NCBI GenBank assembly: GCA_964016885.1
Contig: OZ024741.1
Coordinates: forward strand, 411,246,001-411,310,000
Direction of reading: 5' to 3'
Source of the DNA: Eledone cirrhosa
Lineage: Eukaryota
Length of the DNA: 64,000 nucleotides
Shown here: positions 58,501 through 64,000 of the stretch, in pieces
Layout: every line of letters starts with the position of its first letter
Numbering within the stretch: the stretch's first letter is position 1
Notes under the pieces: model-generated
What the model was told of the DNA's origin: nothing
The model's database searches: none
The model's input: the letters and a program-made list of their open reading frames with translations, nothing else
Made by a program: the position numbers and the translations under genes

Positions 58501-61500
58501 GTTAGAGCTAGGGTTAGAGTTAGTTAGAGCTAGGGTTAGAGTTAGTTAGAGATAGGGTTATAGTTAGTTAGGGCTAGGGTTAGAGTTAGTTAGAGTTAGT
58601 TAGGGCTAGGGTTAGGGTTAGGGTTAGGGTTAGGGTTAATTAGAGTTAGTTTGAGCTAGGGTTAGAGTTAGTTAGAGCTAGGGTTAGAGTTAGTTAGAGC
58701 TAGGGTTAGAGTTAGTTAGGGCTAAGGTCAGAGTTAGTTAGAGCTAGGGTTAGAGTTAGTTAGAGCTAGGGTTAGAGTTAGTTAGGGCTAAGGTCAGAGT
58801 TAGTTAGAGATAGGGTTAGAGTTAGTTAGAGCTAGGGTTAGAGTTAGTTAGAGGTAGGGTTAGAGTTAGTTAGGGCTAAGGTCAGAGTTAGTTAGAGATA
58901 GGGTTAGAGTTAGTTAGAGCTAGGGTTAGAGTTAGTTAGGGCTAAGGTCAGAGTTAGTTAGAGCTAGGGTTAGAGTTAGTTAGGGCTAAGGTCAGAGTTA
59001 GTTAGAGATAGGGTTAGAGTTAGTTAGAGCTAGGGTTAGAGTTAGTTAGGGCTAAGGTCAGAGTTAGTTAGAGATAGGGTTAGAGTTAGTTAGGGCTAAG
59101 GTCAGAGTTAGTTAGAGATAGGGTTAGAGTTAGTTAGAGTTAGTTAGGGCTAGGGTTAGGGTTAGGGTTAGGGTTAGGGTTAATTAGAGTTAGTTAGAGA
59201 TAGGGTTAGAGTTAGTTAGAGCTAGGGTTAGAGTTAGTTAGAGCTAGGGTTAGAGTTAGTTAGGGCTAAGGTCAGAGTTAGTTAGAGCTAGGGTTAGAGT
59301 TAGTTAGAGCTAGGGTTAGAGTTAGTTAGGGCTAAGGTCAGAGTTAGTTAGAGATAGGGTTAGAGTTAGTTAGAGCTAGCGTTAGAGTTAGTTAGAGCTA
59401 GGGTTAGAGTTAGTTAGGGCTAAGGTCAGAGTTAGTTAGAGATAGGGTTAGAGTTAGTTAGAGCTAGGGTTAGAGTTAGTTAGAGGTAGGGTTAGAGTTA
59501 GTTAGGGCTAAGGTCAGAGTTAGTTAGAGATAGGGTTAGAGTTAGTTAGAGCTAGGGTTAGAGTTAGTTAGGGCTAAGGTCAGAGTTAGTTAGAGATAGG
59601 GTTAGAGTTAGTTAGAGCTAGGGTTAGAGTTAGTTAGGACTAGGGTTAGAGTTAGTTAGAGCTAGGGTTAGAGTTAGTTAGAGATAGGGTTAGAGTGAGT
59701 TAGAGATAGGGTTAGAGTTAGTTAGAGCTAGCGTTAGAGTTAGTTAGAGCTAGGGTTAGAGTTAGTTAGAGCTAGGGTTAGAGTTAGTTAGGGCTAAGGT
59801 CAGAGTTAGTTAGAGATAGGGTTAGAGTTAGTTAGAGCTAGGGTTAGAGTTAGTTAGGGCTAAGGTCAGAGTTAGTTAGAGATAGGGTTAGAGTTAGTTA
59901 GAGCTAGGGTTAGAGTTAGTTAGGACTAGGGTTAGAGTTAGTTAGAGCTAGGGTTAGAGTTAGTTAGAGATAGGGTTAGAGTGAGTTAGAGATAGGGTTA
60001 GAGTTAGTTAGAGCTAGCGTTAGAGTTAGTTAGAGCTAGGGTTAGAGTTAGTTAGAGCTAGGGTTAGAGTTAGTTAGAGCTAGGGTTAGAGTTAGTTAGA
60101 GCTAGGGTTAGAGTTAGTTAGAGCTAGGGTTAGAGTTAGTTAGAGCTAGGGTTAGAGTTAGTTAGAGGTAGGGTTAGAGTTAGTTAGGGCTAGGGTTAGA
60201 GTTAGTTAGAGATAGGGTTAGAGTTAGTTAGAGCTAGGGTTAGAGTTAGTTAGAGCTAGGGTTAGAGTTAGTTAGAGCTAGGGTTAGAGTTAGTTAGAGC
60301 TAGGGTTAGAGTTAGTTAGAGGTAGGGTTAGAGTTAGTTAGAGGTAGGGTTAGAGTTAGTTAGAGCTAGGGTTAGAGTTAGTTAGAGCTAGGGTTAGAGT
60401 TAGTTAGAGCTAGGGTTAGAGTTAGTTAGAGGTAGGGTTAGAGTTAGTTAGGGCTAGGGTTAGAGTTAGTTAGAGATAGGGTTAGAGTTAGTTAGAGCTA
60501 GGGTTAGAGTTAGTTAGGGCTAAGGTCAGAGTTAGTTAGAGATAGGGTTAGAGTTAGTTAGAGCTAGGGTTAGAGTTAGTTAGGGCTAAGGTCAGAGTTA
60601 GTTAGAGCTAGGGTTAGAGTTAGTTAGAGGTAGGGTTAGAGTTAGTTAGAGATAGGGTTAGAGTTAGTTAGAGCTAGGGTTAGAGTTAGTTAGAGCTAGG
60701 GTTAGAGTTAGTTAGAGGTAGGGTTAGAGTTAGTTAGAGGTAGGGTTAGAGTTAGTTAGGGCTAGGGTTAGAGTTAGTTAGAGATAGGGTTAGAGTTAGT
60801 TAGGGCTAGGGTTAGAGTTAGTTAGGGCTAAGGTCAGAGTTAGTTAGAGGTAGGGTTAGAGTTAGTTAGAGGTAGGGTTAGAGTTAGTTAGGGCTAGGGT
60901 TAGAGTTAGTTAGAGATAGGGTTAGAGTTAGTTAGAGGTAGGGTTAGAGTTAGTTAGGGCTAGGGTTAGAGTTAGTTAGAGATAGGGTTAGAGTTAGTTA
61001 GAGGTAGGGTTAGAGTTAGTTAGAGGTAGGGTTAGAGTTAGTTAGAGATAGGGTTAGAGTTAGTTAGAGCTAGGGTTAGAGTTAGTTAGAGGTAGGGTTA
61101 GAGTTAGTTAGAGGTAGGGTTAGAGTTAGTTAGGGCTAGGGTTAGAGTTAGTTAGAGATAGGGTTAGAGTTAGTTAGAGATAGGGTTAGAGTTAGTTAGA
61201 GGTAGGGTTAGAGTTAGTTAGAGATAGGGTTAGAGTTAGTTAGAGCTAGGGTTAGAGTTAGTTAGAGCTAGGGTTAGAGTTAGTTAGAGGTAGGGTTAGA
61301 GTTAGTTAGAGGTAGGGTTAGAGTTAGTTAGGGCTAGGGTTAGAGTTAGTTAGGGCTAAGGTCAGAGTTAGTTAGGGCTAAGGTTAGAGTTAGTTAGAGC
61401 TAGGGTTAGAGTTAGTTAGGGCTAAGGTTAGAGTTAGTTAGAGATAGGGTTAGAGTTAGTTAGGGCTAAGGTTAGAGTTAGTTAGAGCTAAGGTTAGAGT

Positions 61501-64000
61501 TAGTTAGAGCTAGGGTTAGAGTTAGTTAGGGCTAGGGTTAGAGTTAGTTAGTGCTAGGGTTAGAGTTAGTTAGAGCTAGGGTTAGAGTTAGTTAGAGGTA
61601 GGGTTAGAGTTAGTTAGAGGTAGGGTTAGAGTTAGTTAGGGCTAGGGTTAGAGTTAGTTAGAGATAGGGTTAGAGTTAGTTAGAGCTAGGGTTAGAGTTA
61701 GTTAGAGATAGGGTTAGAGTTAGTTAGAGATAGGGTTAGAGTTAGTTAGGGCTAGGGTTAGAGTTAGTTAGAGGTAGGGTTAGAGTTAGTTAGAGATAGG
61801 GTTAGAGTTAGTTAGAGCTAGGGTTAGAGTTAGTTAGAGGTAGGGTTAGAGTTAGTTAGAGCTAGGGTTAGAGTTAGTTAGAGGTAGGGTTAGAGTTAGT
61901 TAGAGATAGGGTTAGAGTTAGTTAGGGCTAGGGTTAGAGTTAGTTAGAGATAGGGTTAGAGTTAGTTAGAGATAGGGTTAGAGTTAGTTAGGGCTAGGGT
62001 TAGAGTTAGTTAGAGGTAGGGTTAGAGTTAGTTAGAGATAGGGTTAGAGTTAGTTAGAGCTAGGGTTAGAGTTAGTTAGAGGTAGGGTTAGAGTTAGTTA
62101 GAGCTAGGGTTAGAGTTAGTTAGAGGTAGGGTTAGAGTTAGTTAGAGATAGGGTTAGAGTTAGTTAGGGCTAGGGTTAGAGTTAGTTAGGGCTAGGGTTA
62201 GAGTTAGTTAGAGGTAGGGTTAGAGTTAGTTAGAGGTAGGGTTAGAGTTAGTTAGGGCTAGGGTTAGAGTTAGTTAGAGCTAGGGTTAGAGTTAGTTAGA
62301 GGTAGGGTTAGAGTTAGTTAGAGATAGGGTTAGAGTTAGTTAGGGCTAGGGTTAGAGTTAGTTAGAGATAGGGTTAGAGTTAGTTAGAGCTAGGGTTAGA
62401 GTTAGTTAGAGATAGGGTTAGAGTTAGTTAGGGCTAGGGTTAGAGTTAGTTAGAGATAGGGTTAGAGTTAGTTAGAGATAGGGTTAGAGTTAGTTAGAGC
62501 TAGGGTTAGAGTTAGTTAGAGGTAGGGTTAGAGTTAGTTAGAGCTAGGGTTAGAGTTAGTTAGAGGTAGGGTTAGAGTTAGTTAGAGATAGGGTTAGAGT
62601 TAGTTAGGGCTAGGGTTAGAGTTAGTTAGAGATAGGGTTAGAGTTAGTTAGAGATAGGGTTAGAGTTAGTTAGGGCTAGGGTTATAGTTAGTTAGGGCTA
62701 GGGTTAGAGTTAGTTAGAGGTAGGGTTAGAGTTAGTTAGAGGTAGGGTTAGAGTTAGTTAGAGGTAGGGTTAGAGTTAGTTAGAGGTAGGGTTAGAGTTA
62801 GTTAGAGGTAGGGTTAGAGTTAGTTAGAGGTAGGGTTAGAGTTAGTTAGAGGTAGGGTTAGAGTTAGTTAGGGCTAAGGTTAGAGTTAGTTAGAGCTAGG
62901 GTTAGAGTTAGTTAGAGCTAGGGTTAGAGTTAGTTAGAGGTAGGGTTAGAGTTAGTTAGAGATAGGGTTAGAGTTAGTTAGGGCTAAGGTTAGAGTTAGT
63001 TAGAGGTAGGGTTAGAGTTAGTTAGAGGTAGGGTTAGAGTTAGTTAGGGCTAAGGTTAGAGTTAGTTAGAGGTAGGGTTAGAGTTAGTTAGAGATAGGGT
63101 TAGAGTTAGTTAGGGCTAAGGTTAGAGTTAGTTAGAGGTAGGGTTAGAGTTAGTTAGAGGTAGGGTTAGAGTTAGTTAGAGATAGGGTTAGAGTTAGTTA
63201 GGGCTAAGGTTAGAGTTAGTTAGAGGTAGGGTTAGAGTTAGTTAGAGCTAGGGTTAGAGTTAGTTAGAGGTAGGGTTAGAGTTAGTTAGGGCTAAGGTTA
63301 GAGTTAGTTAGAGGTAGGGTTAGAGTTAGTTAGAGGTAGGGTTAGAGTTAGTTAGGGCTAGGGTTAGAGTTAGTTAGAGGTAGGGTTAGAGTTAGTTAGA
63401 GCTAGGGTTAGAGTTAGTTAGAGATAGGGTTAGAGTGAGTTAGAGATAGGGTTAGAGTTAGTTAGAGGTAGGGTTAGAGTTAGTTAGAGATAGGGTTAGA
63501 GTTAGTTAGAGCTAGGGTTAGAGTTAGTTAGAGCTAGGGTTAGAGTTAGTTAGAGCTAGGGTTAGAGTTAGTTAGAGCTAGGGTTAGAGTTAGTTAGAGG
63601 TAGGGTTAGAGTTAGTTAGAGATAGGGTTAGAGTTAGTTAGAGATAGGGTTAGAGTTAGTTAGGGCTAGGGTTAGAGTTAGTTAGAGGTAGGGTTAGAGT
63701 TAGTTAGGGCTAGGGTTAGAGTTAGTTAGAGGTAGGGTTAGAGTTAGTTAGGGCTAGGGTTAGAGTTAGTTAGAGATAGGGTTAGAGTTAGTTAGAGCTA
63801 GGGTTAGAGTTAGTTAGAGCTAGGGTTAGAGTTAGTTAGAGGTAGGGTTAGAGTTAGTTAGAGGTAGGGTTAGAGTTAGTTAGGGCTAGGGTTAGAGTTA
63901 GTTAGGGCTAGGGTTAGAGTTAGTTAGAGGTAGGGTTAGAGTTAGTTAGAGATAGGGTTAGAGTTAGTTAGAGGTAGGGTTAGAGTTAGTTAGAGATAGG
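46584..64000 (+). repeat. 22-bp telomere-like array (TTAGAG TTAG TTAGAG CTAGGG)n, ~790 units, running off the right edge
   Basis: Read directly; built from degenerate TTAGGG hexamers plus one TTAG. G-rich strand runs 5'->3' toward the window end. Confidence 0.97.
50800..50895 (+). repeat. Pure (TTAGGG)16 tract inside the 22-bp array
   Basis: 96 nt of perfect canonical metazoan telomeric repeat. Confidence 0.97.

Overview
Eukaryotic, repeat-dominated window that looks like a chromosome end. The SINE/RTE repertoire suggests a cephalopod such as octopus, which is an inference. One host gene is visible and the ORF track largely misses it: the first three coding exons of CDC23/APC8 on the minus strand (31647-31547, 8111-8039, 5404-5212). 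They have canonical GT-AG junctions and compatible phases. Its introns hold 44-, 37- and 61-bp minisatellites, a 14.5-kb composite CT/TA minisatellite, several Tx1-clade LINE copies inserted at ATATAT motifs, and an RTE LINE nested inside a Tx1 copy. Around and upstream of exon 1 are tRNA-derived SINEs, a pentamer satellite, a decayed mariner, and a cluster of inverted-repeat Penelope-like remnants with hammerhead-ribozyme cores (35054-35102; 35418-35575). Further right, a full-length two-ORF Tx1 element (40480-46133) sits in a 72-bp satellite. The last 17.4 kb is a 22-bp TTAGGG-derived array with its G-rich strand pointing to the window end. It contains a pure (TTAGGG)16 tract and shows a proximal-to-distal gradient of unit variants. 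Nearly all other long ORFs in the track are artefacts of stop-free satellites.
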